Source of the DNA: Macrostomum lignano
Taxonomy: Eukaryota
NCBI GenBank assembly: GCA_002269645.1
Contig: NIVC01002180.1
Span: forward strand, 24,451-88,450
Length of the DNA: 64,000 nucleotides
Direction of reading: 5' to 3'
Shown: in pieces, positions 37,093 to 51,500 of the stretch
Position numbering within the stretch: position 1 is the stretch's first letter
How the letters are laid out: each line of letters starts with the position of its first letter
Notes under the pieces: generated by a model
Database searches by the model: none
What the model saw: the letters and a program-made list of their open reading frames with translations, nothing else
Told to the model about the DNA's origin: nothing
Program-made: the position numbers and the translations under genes

Positions 37093-40000
37093 CTTCTAAG
37101 CATTTATACTACTCTAAAGCAATTTTACTGCTTTGTAGCAATTTACTATTCTAATCTAAGGTGGTTCTTACTTTTAGGGTTTTAATTCTCCCACTTTGGG
37201 GTCTCTTGTAAAATAAATAAAGTCTCTTGAATTGCCAAAGTGAATTCAATTAGTAGCCTTTCCGAATTGGAAGTTAATAGTTGAGATTGCAGTTTCAGTT
37301 TTTCAGTTTCACTTTCAGTTTTTGGTCTTCTATTTATATGAAACTTTAAACTATTTAAAACAAAATATATTTGCATAATATTTATTTGGAACACACATTT
37401 TTAAACAAACTTTTTGTCAGTAATTCAAATATGATATTTTTGTTAATGAAAAAGGCACATTATTTAATCATGACAAAAAAGTATAATAAAATGAAAATTA
37501 TAATATAATGCACTACTTCATACAATTATTTTTGTTTTATATGTTGACTATAAAAATGCTATTTGTATAGTCACAAACTTAATAACAACTGTCTTTTATT
37601 AATAATATATTGATTGTTATAATTATATAATTATTTATTATTATACGATTTTTAATTATTAAATAAACTATCCTAAAATTCCTAGCAGTCTTAACCCCAT
37701 TAAACCTAGTTTAGGAAACAATTATTAAAATATTAATTTTTAAACATGTTGCTAGCTATTTATCATATGTGTGCACTGCACTCTTTCCATTACTTTGTGT
37801 GACTTGCTCTCATCTAAACTTATTTATTAATTACTACCTAACTAGCTAACCTGATTGTCTTGAATATTATTTCACCCCATCTGCAATACTGACTTGCCCT
37901 AAGAAATGTATCGAAAGTTTGACCAGACAATGAGACCAAGCCACATAATGGGCACTTTCCTAATCCTTGGCATGTATCTAAAACTTTAGAGTTAGGTTCT
38001 AGGCTTCACGTTCAGTACTCCTCGAATAGTCGAATTTTGGCATCTCACTGCTCCCTTCTCTTTAGCATCTTATTAGGCTAGCACTTCTCATTGAGCCTTG
38101 GCAACTTTTTAGCAATGAAATACTACCAGACAATCAAATCCAACATAGTATTTGTGCCTATTTTTGGGCTTGATTGCTCATAACTTAACTTGGGTCTTGA
38201 ATATGTTATGTTTCAACTTCATCTTCAGAACTTTGTAGGGGGTAGTCGACTTTAAGGGTGTAGTCGAATTCGTTATCTTATCTCAGGCTAGACGCCATCA
38301 CTGATGATGACTGATGAGGTAGGTCACTTTCACACGAGAAATAAATATACCGAATTTAATAGAAATTTGGAATTCAGTTAAAGTTAATTACGAAAAATTT
38401 CTTGGAATTTTTTGTTTTTAAAGTTAAAAGCAGAACTCACAAATCTTTTTAAGAGGTAAAGGATGAACAAAAAATAAAAACTAAAAAATTAACCTTGCAC
38501 CACTAACAGATTATGTATAACGTAACAATATATTCAGCAAATTATGAAGGGTGCTTTCAATGACCACGACCTGCAGTTATGCACATTTTCTTATTCATAA
38601 AAGAAGTACTACTATTTTAATTCAACATACACTGTATGCCACTCATACATGATCGAATTCGAATTTCTCATCGCCAGTCCAAATCGCCCACAAGCTGCAT
38701 AAAGTAACAATATTGTACATACTTCACAAGTACATAAGTGAAAGAAAGAAATCTAGTTCAAAGGGCCGGTGTTGGTACTGTTCGTGTACATGGTATGACA
38801 ACAAGCTGTTCACAGAACTGAAAGTCTTTAGATGACTAATAAAAACCAATGATACATAGTCTTTTGCAGCTTAACATCATATGACGAATTCTGAGATGAC
38901 GATCATTCGACTACCTGTACATGTATGTAAAATCTCACCTCAACCATGACTCTCCGGTCCCCATATGCAGTGTTGCTTTAGCTTTAACATGAAAACGACT
39001 TCCTAATTTGAAATAAAAATCCATGAACAGGATTACGTTCATGCAATAATATTTTAACCTTTTTAAGACACCTAAATTTCACAGTATATTTTGTACTACA
39101 TTTTTTACACGGGCATGCATGTAACATGTACATGAGGCAAGGCCTAACGGCACGGCTGCACAAATACATGTACATATGCAGTACTCATTATGGGAGAGAT
39201 TCAAATAAGACTACTGAGAAAAGTAGACGAAGGCAGATTTGAATCGTAAAATATTAACGCGTAAGCCCGAAAAAATATCCCTTGAAAAAAGGACGACGTA
39301 AAGATCGGGCGTAGCCGGTGAAAAAACAAACGGCAGCATAAAAAAGAAACGACTCTGCACACTACGAGTGGTGGGAGCTAGAGGACGGCTTGTGGCTAGA
39401 TGTACTTAAAAAATAACTATGTATGTATGGGCCCGCTCAGCATATTTGCATAGTTTTAAGTCTGGAAGCTTGGCTTCTAAACTTCGCAAAGTCATATTCA
39501 GATTTCAGTGCATTTACTTCAATAAATAGCTTGTGTTTCGATCTTGCAACTGAACTGAGAGTAGAAAGCTGTACGATTTTACTAAGCATTCTATGCATAA
39601 GTGACCCATCTACTTTTAATTATTTTACTAGTAGTAGTACACGTATCGATCTGTGTGGCTCACTGACGAAGGCAAACACGCCAGAAACCAGTCGTCTCAG
39701 TCTGCCTGCGAGAGGTTCGACCCCCACTTTTTAGTGTGTTACTCTCGTTAAATATGCAGTTCTGAGTAATCTAAAAAAGAAGAAGATATTGACTCCATCG
39801 GGGCCACTTCTTTCTGCATCATCCAAAATGTTGGGTATAATTTTTTATGGTGAATTCCTTTCCGTTCGCTTTAGCTTCTGAGACTTATCAACCGCGCAGT
39901 GAAGTTGATTGCTGTGACATTTTTTGTAATATCCCACTATATGCCCTGCCTTGTGCGTCAGTCAGTATAGCGCAAGCCAACACCAACAAGAAGCATGGCC

Positions 40001-40735
40001 AGCTGACCGCGTGCAGAGGGCCTGACATCTGGCATTTCCCCTCGGATTTAAATGCAGCAGTAGCTATCCTTATAGATTCAGGGATTCGAAATAGAAATAC
40101 CCCGTACTATACCAGAAAGGAATTTTTTATAAAGCACTTCTAAAGATTTCGAATCGATCGTCACACCATCGAATTTTGCGTGCTCTGCGGGAAGCCGATC
40201 GACGATTCGAAAATGGCCCGGATGTACATCCTGCGATGCAGGTTAGGGGGGGGGGTAAAAACGGTAATGCAGAGGTGTCGTGTTCAATCCGGTTCGCTCG
40301 GGCCACACGCACCGCAATTTTAGCTCTACACAGCTATACCTGCAGGCAGCCCTACAAACCTTTCACTGCATGACGAGATGCGCACATGGTACGCATGGTA
40401 CGTGCGGTGCGGCCAGATGGCAAGAAAGAAAGAAAGCAAGAAATGAAGAGCGAAAGTACGGGGCTGTCGCTTTTTTCTTACATTCGGGTTAATTTCGCGC
40501 TAGAAATGGAATAGAGGGAAGAGAGTAAAACAGGACCGCCCTGCCCAAATAGGCTAAAAAGCGCGTCAACGTACATCCAACGGGGCAGCTGCAGAGCGGA
40601 CTGAACTTTCACTTATAGAAGTCTGGGAGTCACCTTGCTGTCAGTTGGTTCTGCTGCAACAGATTCGGATTGAAAGTTTTTGCAATCTAATAATAAATAG
40701 TTGTTCCATCGCACGGCCTCGCCAGATTCAAACGC

Positions 40736-41617
40736 ATGAGCATCATCCTGGCCCCATCGAGCCTGTTCCCGGTTGACGAGGCCGAGAATAGCGACTGCGA
40801 GCAGTGCGAGAAATTCGACAAACAACTCGTTGAGCTGCGCAGCATGAAGTCCGGCCCGCCAGCCGATGCTGTCACAACTCCGGGCACGTCGACGTCGAAC
40901 GAAGCGGCTTCGGAGCCGGCGTTCGCTGCCGCGGCCGCTTCAAAATCGGCCACCTCCTCCAAAGTGAGCTGCGTGCCGGACATTGTGATCGATTGCACGT
41001 GCCTGGACCCGAGGCCGAAGCCCACCCAGCTGTACTATTGCTGCTGCTTGAACGTGCGCTGCTCTGTCTCGGCCTGCCGAGCCCTGCTGTTCGTTCTGGC
41101 GTTCGGCCTACTGGGCGGGGCCGTTCTTGCTGCGGCCGTGGTGGCCGTATGGGGCCTGGCCACCGACTGGACTGAGGCGCGTAACTACGGCCTGCTCGCC
41201 TTGCTGATCGGCCTGCTGCTGTTTATCTACGTCTGCTGCGTGGCGTCGCACTGCCAGGCCGGCAGGAAGACTCGGGAACTGCGCGAACTGGCCGCGCAGC
41301 AACAGCAGCAGCAACTACAGCAGCAGCAGCAGACTGCGACTGATCGACGCATCCAGCCAAATCGACTGTCAAATAACTGCCTCGCCTCCAGCCAGCTGAG
41401 CCTGCAATATCTTCAAGAGGACGCTCTGCAGCAACAGCAACAGTCGCAACAGAAAAAGAAGGCGCGACCAAAAGCGACTGGCGCTGCTAAAGGCAAAAAG
41501 TCGACGCCTACTGCAACGGCGGCTGGGAAAAAGTCGGTACGAGGCGGCGGGGAGGAGCGAGTCCTGCTGCCGACCCAGCTGTCTGGCTCGGTCTCGCTCG
41601 GAATGGACAAGTTCTGA
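40736..41617 (+). CDS. Uncharacterised 293-aa protein with two predicted TM helices, flanking Cys clusters and a polyQ/basic tail
   Basis: A single GC-rich ORF from ATG to TGA in AT-rich flanks. It has two long hydrophobic segments (ALLFVLAFGLLGGAVLAAAVVAVWGL; YGLLALLIGLLLFIYVCCVA). No family was recognised. Confidence 0.75.
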   Translation: MSIILAPSSLFPVDEAENSDCEQCEKFDKQLVELRSMKSGPPADAVTTPGTSTSNEAASEPAFAAAAASKSATSSKVSCVPDIVIDCTCLDPRPKPTQLYYCCCLNVRCSVSACRALLFVLAFGLLGGAVLAAAVVAVWGLATDWTEARNYGLLALLIGLLLFIYVCCVASHCQAGRKTRELRELAAQQQQQQLQQQQQTATDRRIQPNRLSNNCLASSQLSLQYLQEDALQQQQQSQQKKKARPKATGAAKGKKSTPTATAAGKKSVRGGGEERVLLPTQLSGSVSLGMDKF

Positions 41618-42534
41618 TTCTCTCAATTGAAATAACAGCCATGTACTATTGGAGACATAGACAGCTGAAGCACGAGTACAAGGACAACTAAATTCGATTT
41701 CCTGAGAAATGGGCGGGAGAAAGGAACGTCAATCAGTGCGTAAGCTCTCGAGAAATTGTCTATGGCGAAACCCCATTCATCGCTATGCGTTCTATCGACA
41801 AATATGCGTTCCTTACCGCGGCCTCCAGCTCATTTCTAAGAAAACCGAGCGCCCAGGGTCCGTCTGCTTCAGTTGTCCGCATGATTGGAGGCCAGTTGTT
41901 GAAGTTTTTTAATTTACACTCAAATGCATTTTTGTTGATATATAGAGAAACGATACTACTCACGATAAATAAGTAGTATCAGTATAGTACAGACAAGGAC
42001 CAACTGCACTCGATTATCTTCCTTGCTTAAACAAAGCTCTTAAAAAGATTGCGATACCAAAATTTACCTGACTTTTTCGATTCTTTGTTATGCTAGATAA
42101 GTAGGCAGTCAAATTATCCATTGATTCAAGTTTAAATATACTCGAACAACAGCGTAAAACTTTGAAAATAAGCAGTTTTGCTTTGTGCTTTGTGATTTTT
42201 TGTATTTTTATCTCTAAAGCGAAGAAATCTTCACATAGGTTTAGGCCGGGAATTAAATTAGAGTAGGGAATCATTGAAATTCAGTTTTTAGGGGATCGGG
42301 GGATGGGATTAGAAAATCACATTTTTGTTTGAAAATTTCGAAGATATTATGATATAGTTTAAGTTAAGTCCAACGCTAAGTTAAGCGTCACAATATTCAT
42401 AGAATTTCAGAAGGTTCTCGGAATCGTAAAACATATTCATTGAAGCAATTAAATAAGGGAGTCAAAACTGTCAAACAAACGGTTTAGTATTAATGAAATA
42501 ACACGGTTGTAATTCAACAGCACAGCGTCACGGG

Positions 42535-45500
42535 TTACAGCGGACCCTGCATCGGTGGCTGCACGGGCGGCAGGATGTGACCGCCTTTTCGGGACAGCAT
42601 TCCGATCTCCTCTTTGAGCGCGTTGAGCTCCTGAGCCTGGATCTGCACCAGCTGCATCAGTTTCTCAATCTCCTCGATGTCAGCTTCTCTGGCGCCTTGG
42701 TACTCGGAGCCCTGCAAGCGTTTGTACGGTTGCACATGTGAGTCAACAGTCTGCAGTACTGTCTTCAAATAGACTACTGTTTTGTAACTAGAAGTACAGA
42801 GCGGTTTAGGCAGGGAGGCCAATGTACTTTTAGCTGAAGGATCAGGGCGGGTCTACATGTAGGTGGCACCCAAACTGAAGGATCAGGGCGGGTGTACATG
42901 TAGGTGGCACCCAAACTGAAGGATCAGGGCGGGTGTGCATGTAGGTGGCACCCAAACTGAAGGATCATGGCGGGTGTACATGTAGGTGGCACCCAAACTG
43001 AAGGATCAGGGCGGGTGTGCATGTAGGTGGCACCCAAACTGAAGGATCATGGCAGGTGTACATGTAGGTGGCACCCAAACTGAAGGATCAGGGCGAGTGT
43101 ACATGTAGGTGGCACCCAAACTGAAGGATCAGGGCGGGTGTACATGTAGGTGGCACCCAAACTGAAGGATCAGGGCGGGTGTGCATGTAGGTGGCACCCA
43201 AACTGAAGGATCAGGGCGGGTGTACATGTAGGTGGCACCCAAACTGAAGGATCAGGGCGGGTGTACATGTAGGTGGCACCCAAACTGAAGGATCAGGGCG
43301 GGTGTACATGTAGGTGGCACCCAAACTGAAGGATCAGGGCGGGTGTACATGTAGGTGGCACCCAAACTGAAGGATCAGAGCGGGTGTGCATGTAGGTGGC
43401 ACCCAAACTGAAGGATCAGGGCGGGTGTACATGCAGGTGGCACCCAAACTGAAGGATCAGGGCGGGTGTAAATGTAGGTGGCACCCAAACTGAAGGATCA
43501 GGGCGAGTGTACATGTAGGTGGCACCCAAACTGAAGGATCAGGGCGGGTGTACATGTAGGTGGCACCCAAACTGAAGGATCAGGGCGGGTGTACATGTAG
43601 GTGGCACCCAAACTGAAGGATCAGGGCGGGTGTACATGTAGGTGGCACCCAAACTGAAGGATCAGGGCGGGTCTACATGTAGGTGGCACCCAAACTGAAG
43701 GATCAGGGCGGGTGTACATGTAGGTGGCACCCAAACTGAAGGATCAGGGCGAGTGTACATGTAGGTGGCACCCAAACTGAAGGATCAGGGCGGGTGTGCA
43801 TGTAGGTGGCACCCAAACTGAAGGATCAGGGCGAGTGTACATGTAGGTGGCACCCAAACTGAAGGATCAGGGCGGGTGTACATGTAGGTGGCACCCAAAC
43901 TGAAGGATCAGGGCGGGTGTACATGTAGGTGGCACCCAAACTGAAGGATCAGGGAGGTTCAGGATGAAGGTAGCGCTGTGCCATCTCAAAGTCTAGATTT
44001 TTTACTTTTTAATAAATGGAATTCATTTCTAGTAAAACCGCGAAAGACAGAAAAAGTTCACAATCGAATTTCAGAGCAGTGATTTCAGTCTAACTAAAAT
44101 TTCAAAAGACAATCCTCTATCAAATGCAGATGCATGCAATTTCTTTGAAATTGACTTTCAGAGGAGGCTTGAAAAAATACTCAAAAGTTTTATAAAAGGG
44201 TTATAAAATGAACCTCTGGTGAGCGTCTTAATAAACAGAAAGTTACAAAACAAAAAGTGGGGAACTGACAAACTCCAGTTAAAAACTGGGATAGGAAAGA
44301 TTAAAACAAAATAGCTATCAGCCAAATCTGTAGAAGAAACCCACAGATGTCATTGGCAGAGTTGCCTGCAAATTATTCGGACATTATTAATAAATAATTC
44401 GGTAATTGGTATCGAACACAAAATTAGTTTGATAATTTGATATAAGCCATGGGAACGAAATTATTGAGCTACTAAAAACTAGCACTCTACTTCCGATATG
44501 GTTGGTGGATGAAGAAATGTTGGAATTTTTACTATAAGTAGCATGATACGCGCCAGCCAGTTCTCAGCTTACCAAATTCTTTTGCCTGGATTCGATCTGT
44601 TCCTCCAGCTCGAACTGGTCAGTGTACAGCATCAGCATCTGGCTGAGCTTCTTCGTGTTGTCCCGCGTCTGGCTGATGAGCTGGTCCTTGGCCTCGCGGA
44701 TCTTGTCCTGCACAGTGTTTATAAGGTGATAGGGGCTAGTTTTCAAGGTGACTAAATATTAGGAGCCTGAAAATGAGTTCATAAGAACCCTACAATCATG
44801 AGAACCCTACAATCATGAGAACCCTATGATCACGAGAACCCTATGATCATGAAAAGCGTATGATCATGAGAACCCTATGATCATAAGAACCCTATGATCA
44901 TGAGAACCCAATGATCATGGGAACCCAATGATCATGAGAACCCTATGATCATCAGAACCCTACAAGCATGAGAACCCAATGATCATGAGAGCCCTATGAT
45001 CACGAGAACCCTATGGTCATGAGAACCCTATGATCATGAGACCCTATGATCATGAGAACCCTATGATCATGAGACCCTATGATCATGAGAACCCTATGAT
45101 CATGAGAACCCTACGATTATGAAAAGCATGTAAAGATGATAAGGGGTAATTTTTTCTGCTCGATTCACTTACATCCCACTGGTTCATCTCGTCCAGCATT
45201 TTCTCCTGCTGCTCAAACATCTTCACTGTTAGCTCTTCGATCTTCGGATTAACGACAATCTGCTCCAGCTTCTCCATGTCCTCCACTTTGCCAAATTTGT
45301 CGACCATCATCTTGTCGCATTTGACCATCATGTCGTCGATGTGCGCCTGATAAAGTCTGCGGTCTTTGTTCAACTGGATATTCTTCCGCTTGGCATCTTT
45401 CTGCTCTTTGTTCTGCTGGTGCTTCTCCTCCTGCAGCTCGCTAATTCGTCGCTTCAGCTGCAGCAAAGCGGAACGTTCAAATACCAAACAATTTGAAATA

Positions 45501-48500
45501 TCTTGCGGCAGGTGACCGTTCTCGTGGTGCAGAATCTGGTGCAATCGCAATACTACAACCTGCGAAGTGATGCAGAAATTTTATGGCTTGAAGTTAGGTC
45601 AGAAATCAACAGGGAGTGAAGTGGGAGTCTTTTGGGGTTTGGAATTGGAAGGGAGTGACGTGGGTGTCTAGTTGGGGCTAGAGGCCGGCAGGGAGTGAGG
45701 TGGGTGCCTATTTGAGGCTAGGAATTGGAAGGGAGTGAGGCGGATGTCTCGTTGGGGTTAGGAATTGGAAGGGAGTGAGGTGGGTGTCTCGTTGGGGTTA
45801 GGAATTGGAAGGGAGTGAGGTGGGTGTCTAGTTGGGGTTTGGAATTGGAAGGGAGTGAGGTGGGTGTCTCGTTGGGGTTTGGAATTGGAAGGGAGTGAGG
45901 TGGGTGTCTCGTTGGGGCTAGGAAGCGGCAGGGAGTGAGGTGGGTGCCTATTTGAGGCTAGGAATTGGAAGGGAGTGAGGCGGATGTCTCGTTGGGGTTA
46001 GGAATTGGAAGGGATTGAGGTGGGTGTCTAGTTGGGGCTAGGAAGCGGCAGTGAGTGAGGTTGAAAATCAATACTTTAAGGTAGAAATCTACCTACCGTC
46101 TCCAACTCGTTCAGCTTGCTCTGCTTCTCCAGCTGGAAGGCCTCGAGCTCCTTCTCGGCCTGCGCCAGCGCCGTCTCCACCGCGCGCGCTTTCTTCTGCA
46201 ATCCTTCGAGTTCTTTGCGCAGCGCCTCCATAGTTTTGCGCTCCTCGGCGAGTTCTTCTTCCAAGTCGAGTCGCTTCTCCCTCAGTGCGCAGGTGTTGTC
46301 GTACAGGTTCTGATCGCAGCCGGCCGGACAGATGTCCAGGTCATACCGGACGCCCTCGCCGTCGGACTCCTCCTCCTCGGACTCAAAGTCGGAGTCGTCA
46401 TCGGAGTCCGATTCGTCATCCTCGTCGGCGTCTGTGCAGTGCAGTTTCGATGGGAGAATATAAATTTATACGCTAATTTGCGCAATATGCCTACTAACAG
46501 TAGAGAGATCGCACGCGCAAATACGCAAATTTTGCTAAAATGACATATACAAAAAACACTAGATGGGCCGATCACTTAGCTAATGACACTACTATCACAC
46601 TACTGTTCAGAGTTATTCTTGGAAATTTGCGCGTAATATCAATTTCATTTCAGAGTCGAGCCAACTCTGAGCTTTCATTGCATGATTTCTCTTTGCATTG
46701 CAAAAGTAGCGCCCGGCTCATCTAGTGTTTCAGAATCCGTGGACTAGAACCTAAAAGAAGAATATCTTCAGCGACAGAGCAGCGCCTGGCTGGCTGGCAT
46801 CGAATCGGAACAGTTTTGACGGACGACACAAAAATTGCGTTTTCTGCGAAACCTTTCATCTCAGATCCAGTTGTATCTCTAAGAAAAAAGTTCAAAGACG
46901 AAATAGTTACAGAAATCATCAAACCGTATAGAAACAGGCTTTGTAAGTGTTTTTAACGCTGGTAAACATTTTTTGCATAATGTGAGATCATTTCAGTTGT
47001 ACAATTTGGTGACGCACTTATAAATCGGAACTGTTAATTTCAGTGAGCATTTCTGGTATTTATACATGTATTTTAAAGAACACATCCAAAGTGATACAAT
47101 CGTTATAAAATAACATTTAAAGATGCAAGCGCACATGAAGACAGTATTAAGTTTTTAATCTGAACTGTTTGAGACACACAGAACTGACGGACACTGACGA
47201 CAGAGCACTGCATGTCGGATTTCTCTGGCATCAAATTCCAGAGAGAAAATAGTTGCAGTCACGTGACTGCCGATTACTTACTTTCGCGGCGAGCTAAAAT
47301 TAACAAAAGCAGTTACTTAGATTTAAAAAACCTAATTCTTTATTAAATTATAATAAAGACACTTTTGAACGGTGTCGCAAGCAGCCTTAACTCGCTGCGT
47401 ACTAACCGCGGCCAATTCAACTTAACCTGAGCAGTGCCGATTGTTTACTGCGCTGATCAACTGAACCCGGCGTCATGTCACAACATGATTTACAACATTT
47501 CATAATCCGGTTAGTGTTAGGCCAAACCGTGCCTAATTAACGGTGGTTTTCTAAGAATTTCTGAGATTATAACAAAAAACTCAAGCAAATTGCGAATCAA
47601 ATGCGCGGGCATGCAAAACACAGTGAAACACCAAAAATTTACGCCTTCTAAAACTCTCATGGAATCAAAATAATGGAGTAATAATTTAATTTTGTTTCAA
47701 GCATTGACAATCGAAAATTGATTTTTTCATGCGGTGAAATTTCTATATACTACTATTGATCACGTGACCGACTTTGTCTCGGAATGCACAGCTCGCAATT
47801 TACCCATAGCGAATATCTCGTCTCCATCGTGCCTGTCTGACTCTGCTGGAATATTTATACACTTTTCATATGTTTTGGGGCTTGGGCAAATGTTTTCTTT
47901 CATCATGCAATGTCCACAACTTCTCTATTATAGCTCGCACTCGTAGTGCACACATGGCAATAAGAAAATTTTCTCGTGTGCTCAGGGATCATCTTGTAGG
48001 CTCCCATCGACTAACTAATTAACTCGGTTTGAAGCTTCGATAGAAACTTGGTCAGAACCTCCAAATGCTCGTTTCTGGCACCACCGATCCCCATTTCTGG
48101 CGCCACCGATCCCCATTTCTGGCGCCACCGATCCCCATTTCTGGCATCACCGATCCCCATTTCTGGCGCCACCGATCCCCATTTCTGGCATTAGCGATCC
48201 CCATTTCCGGCGCCACTGATCCCCATTTCTGGCGCCACCGATCCCCATTCTGGCACCACCGATCCCCATTTCTGGCGCCACCGATTTCCATTCTGGCGCC
48301 ACCGATCTCCATTTCTAGCGCCACCGATCCCCATTTCTGGCGCCACCGATCCCCATTCTGGCGCCACCGATCCCCATTTCCGGCGCCACTGATCCCCATT
48401 TCTGGCGCCACCGATCCCCATTCTGGCACCACCGATCCCCATTTCTGGCGCCACCGATTTCCATTCTGGCGCCACCGATCTCCATTTCTAGCGCCACCGA

Positions 48501-51500
48501 TCCCCATTTCTGGCGCCACCGATACCCATTCTGGCGCCACCGATCCCCATTCTGGTGCCACCGATCCCCATTCCGGCGCCACCGATCCCCATTCTAGCGC
48601 CACCGATCCCGGTTTAGCGCCACCGATCCCTATTTCTGGCGCCACTCTCCTCTAACATCTAACTGACCCTTAATGCCCCCATCGAAAACATGGCACAGAC
48701 TCGGCAGGTAAAAAAATAAACTTGCCATTATCAGGAATTCTTAAAATAGATAGTACATTAATTTAGTTTTTTAATTGTTATCTGTAAAGCTAAAACAACA
48801 AAACGCTCACCTTCGCCCTCCTTTTCAACCTTCTTGCGCTTGATTCGCTTGCGATAGACTTTAGTCAAGTACTCAGTGAACTTGTTGCCTTCGCCAAGGC
48901 TTTCCTTAAAAGTGTCGAATAGCAGTCGATCTTTCTCTTGCACTCGCTCGATATCCTTCTTCTTTGATTCAATCTTGGATGTGCATTCGACCACCTGTTC
49001 AAGGGGTTGTGTTAAGACATTAATAGTTACGCTCGTAGACGGAGACATCGCCAGTTAGACAACTATCACAAGTTATAGACATCGTTAGTACGTCAGAGAC
49101 ATCTCCAATCAGACAGAGACATCTCCAGTCAGTCAGAGACATCGCCGGTCAGTCAGAGACATCTCCAGTCAGACAGAGACATCTCCAGTCAGACAGAGAC
49201 ATCTCCAGTCAGACAGAGACATCTCCAGTCAGTCAGAGACATCTCCAGTCAGTCAGAGACATCTCCAGTCAGTCAGAGACATCGCCGGTCAGTCAGAGAC
49301 ATCTCCAGTCAGACAGAGACATCTCCAGTCAGACAGAGACATATGCAGTCAGACAGAGACATCTCCAGTCAGTCAGAGACATCTCCGATCAGTCAGAGAC
49401 ATCTCCAGTCAGTCAGAGACATCGCCGGTCAGTCAGAGACATCTCCAGTCAGTCAGAGACATCGCCGGTCAGTCAGAGACATCGCCGATCAGTCAGAGAC
49501 ATCTCCAGTCAGTCAGAGACATCGCCGGTCAGTCAGAGACATCGCCGATCAGTCAGAGACATCACCAGTCAGTCAGAGACATCGCCGGTCAGTCAGAGAC
49601 ATCGCCGGTCAGTCAGAGACATCACCAGTCAGTCAGAGACATCGCCGGTCAGTCAGAGACATCACCAGTCAGTCAGAGACATCTCCAGTCAGTCAGAGAC
49701 ATACCAATGGATAGCGCAGCGCGCCTCACCTTATTCTGCACGTCGATCTTTTCCTCGCCCCTCTGCTCCACCCGGTTAGCCAGAGTGCTCTCTGAGATCT
49801 CGAACTGCTGCAGCAGCTGAAACTCCTCAAACAGGGTGATTTGGCGCAGTTCGGCCCGCTTTAGCTTGGCGTCCAAGTCGAACTTCTCGTGCCGAAGCAG
49901 GCGAACTTCGCAATCAAAGTTGCGCACCGCAGACTGAAATTCGCGCAACAGTTGATTTTGCGCATACAAATTGCGCAGATTTTCAGCTGCCAGGCGCTCC
50001 GATTGCAGTTCGGAGAGCGCCGAGGTCGACTTGTCGGCGCCAGCTACCGAGGCGGCGTCGGCGGCGTCCGTCAGCTGCGACGAGGAGGCGCCCGGAGCGC
50101 CACCTGGCGGCGCTAGGCTGCTGATTCCGGCTGCCTGATGACGGATAATTTAGGTCAACATTGGCTTTAAAGTGCAATTATGAGATGGATAATCTTCATT
50201 GGGTCTATGTTTTCAGCTTCAAGATTTGAGATTGACGATGTCGATTTGATCTCAATTGTTTATCAGGTTGCAAAGCGCACTCGTTGTAAAATGATTTGAG
50301 AAAAATAAACGTATAGTAAAATAGAAGGACAGTCAATAAACAATACAAATACGAAGAATATCCCCGTATTTTAAACTGGTGTGCATTTCAGACAGACAAC
50401 AGAAAATCCAGTGCAACCCCATAGAAGATGCACAACAAGATAGACCAGAAAATATTTATCAACTCTCAGAAAAGTTTTGGAATAGTTCGAGTTTAAATGA
50501 AAGCTTTATTTCAAAACTGAAACACTAGCTCAAAACTTTAGCCCTCAGGTGCTTGGTGGTCAGAATCGCGATGGTGCGCCACAAAGCTTTCATAGTTTTC
50601 ACAACAGCACCGAGTTCGGTTTCAAATTAGCAGTACAAACCCGCTTCTTCCGAGCACGCGCAGCGGCGGCCTAAAAACGACAATATTTTTCGCTTTTTTT
50701 AGGTTAAAATGCTTGTATAAAAAGCATAGGCCAGGCAGTCCGGCAAGGTTAAAACAAGGCGAACACACAGGTAACAAGCAGCACAAGCCATACACAGGTT
50801 TACATGACGGTCATGACACAAATAATTGCAACGAACAATTTGCACATAGCGGGTCTCATGACATTCAAGAATTAAAATAGTTTGTGCGAAAAACTTTGCG
50901 CACTTCCGCTAGGTAGCCACATGTATTTTCAAAGCTAAAGCTCTATTTGCATTGCTGATGTTGTTAGTTTAAAAAATGCGATGGAATAAAAAACTAAGAG
51001 AAATATTAATAAAATCCGGCTACTGTGAGAAGCGACAATACTTCTTCACAAAGTAAGTTTATATTAGGATCCGTAAATTAGGAAAATCCAGAAATTTCCG
51101 GCTTTACTAAAACGTAAAGTGAATCAGCTTAAATATTTTTAGCCAGAAGCTCTGTATTTTATAGCTAAATAGATAGAAGTAGAATTATTTACAAATTAGT
51201 ATTTAATTTGTGCTATTTACTTTTTCTGAGCATTTCGTTATAATTTACTAATACTTTAAACTAGATATGTGCATGGTGATGTTATACTGTGACTTTACTG
51301 AACAGCACTAATTTCTTAACTTGCACATCACCTTTTCGTTATCCTGGAATTTAGAAACAAATAGTATTTGAAATTGAAGTTAAAAAGGACTCCTCAGTAT
51401 TTACTTACGGCAATTCAATGGTGTTAATAAAGGTTTGTCAGCAAGAAAACAAAAGTTAAGCTTAAAATCTGACGAGTGGCACAAAATTTAATAACCATCA

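Noticed and set aside
38300-38345. Possible hammerhead (CTGATGA...GAAA)
   Set aside because: There is no closing stem II pair before GAAA and no stems I/III.
42833-43953. CRISPR-like appearance of the 28-49-bp repeats
   Set aside because: The units are head-to-tail with no unique spacers, there are no cas genes, and the context is eukaryotic introns.
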